A DNA stretch of 64,000 nt from the NCBI RefSeq assembly GCF_026210795.1, contig NC_089429.1, positions 4,464,001 through 4,528,000 on the forward strand, written 5' to 3'. Both the position numbers and the translations under genes were made by a program. Every line of letters starts with the position of its first letter. The stretch's first letter is position 1. Below are positions 63,006 through 64,000 of this stretch, in pieces. The notes under the pieces were generated by a model that saw only the letters and a list, made by a program, of their open reading frames with translations, made no database searches and had not been told where the DNA came from. Origin of the DNA: Rhizophagus irregularis (lineage: Eukaryota).

Positions 63006-63949
63006 TGTTTTAATTATGGAAATTTCAAAATAAAAAATTTCCTATACCATCATTCTTATATTTACACGATTATTATTTTAAAAAAGATAATTCAAATAAT
63101 TTACTAATGTATTATCACATCATTCTATGTTGATAGAATCCTTTCGTAAGAAAAAATGCATCATATAATACACCTTGTATTTAATACATATGAAAACTAA
63201 AGATCGTAATAATATTTATAATTTTTTTTGCGAAGACCAGTGCGAATTACTTTATAGTAAGACGAAAAATTATAAAAAAAGAATACAGTTGTATCAAAAT
63301 TGACCCGATAATGCTACACGATTGTCATATTTCAATATGGCTAATACAGTAGTTGAGACGAATAGTTGTGCTAAAAAAGGTGTTGATTACGTTACGCTAA
63401 TAATATATTATACTCAATAGTGCGTATGTAAACCTTTTAAGTATGTAGAGTATGCAATATAAGAATTTTATTATTTAGCTTGTTAAATTAAAAATTAAAA
63501 AGAGTCGTATGCAATTAAAATCCAATTATAATTTCAATTTTTTTTTATTATGTTATATTTCGTATTCAAAATCTTCCATTCATACGTCTTCGGCAAGTTA
63601 GTATTCGCCATAGACATTAAAAATGCGAAGAAAAAGCAAAATATTCAACTCAATAATTTAAATAATGAATGTATTATTAACAATTCAATTATAGTATTAT
63701 TAGGCACGTACACGTACGTCGCACAGTTGTACAGTACAATAGTTTTTGTTATATATTACATAATAATAGATTCGCAAATTACATTTTTGTAATACTTCAC
63801 ATGACTATACTCCACTCATTTGACCAATCGGACTCCACAACTTTCTGTATCACTCTACAGTACGTAATGGATGAGGCCACGTATGATGTACGACATAGTA
63901 CAAATCTAAATTTGTACAAAAACTTTATAAATAAGAACTCTAAATAGAC

Positions 63950-63980
<31 letters not shown>

Positions 63981-63989
63981 TTATAAGAA

Positions 63990-64000
63990 ATGACGAGAGG
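63990..64000 (+). CDS. Start of another BTB-SPRY gene (runs off the window)
   Basis: atgacgagagg = MTRG, preceded by the family T/A run and the upstream box gtacgacatagtacaaat (~63888). Confidence 0.7.

Overview
Very AT-rich eukaryotic genomic DNA with short GT-AG introns. The gene content (BTB-SPRY proteins, HRD[F/L]HSGN tyrosine-kinase-like kinases with micro-exon tails) is typical of an arbuscular mycorrhizal fungus (Glomeromycotina, Rhizophagus-like); this assignment is an inference. The window is a birth-and-death gene-family region. It has five intact single-exon BTB/POZ-SPRY genes, a sixth starting at the right edge and at least six relics. It also has four TKL kinase genes from two subfamilies (one with an in-frame stop), two orphan kinase tails, a small 3-exon gene and a decayed gene with tandem DUF2283-like repeats. 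Mobile DNA is abundant. The most notable element is an apparently intact ~3.6 kb IS630/Tc1-mariner (DD34E) transposon with perfect 74-bp TIRs. It carries a second, convergent, intact 3-exon gene (Cys-rich, a C/H motif and a SAM-like C-terminus) and has a 12-bp direct repeat at its ends instead of a simple TA duplication. It lies next to a ~171-bp satellite that ends near a Helitron-type 3' terminus. Also present are a fold-back element, a ~60-bp double-hairpin array, a hAT transposase relic, a CCC-terminated element with a 3-bp TSD, small MITEs and Tc1-type excision footprints. No rRNA, tRNA or CRISPR array was seen.
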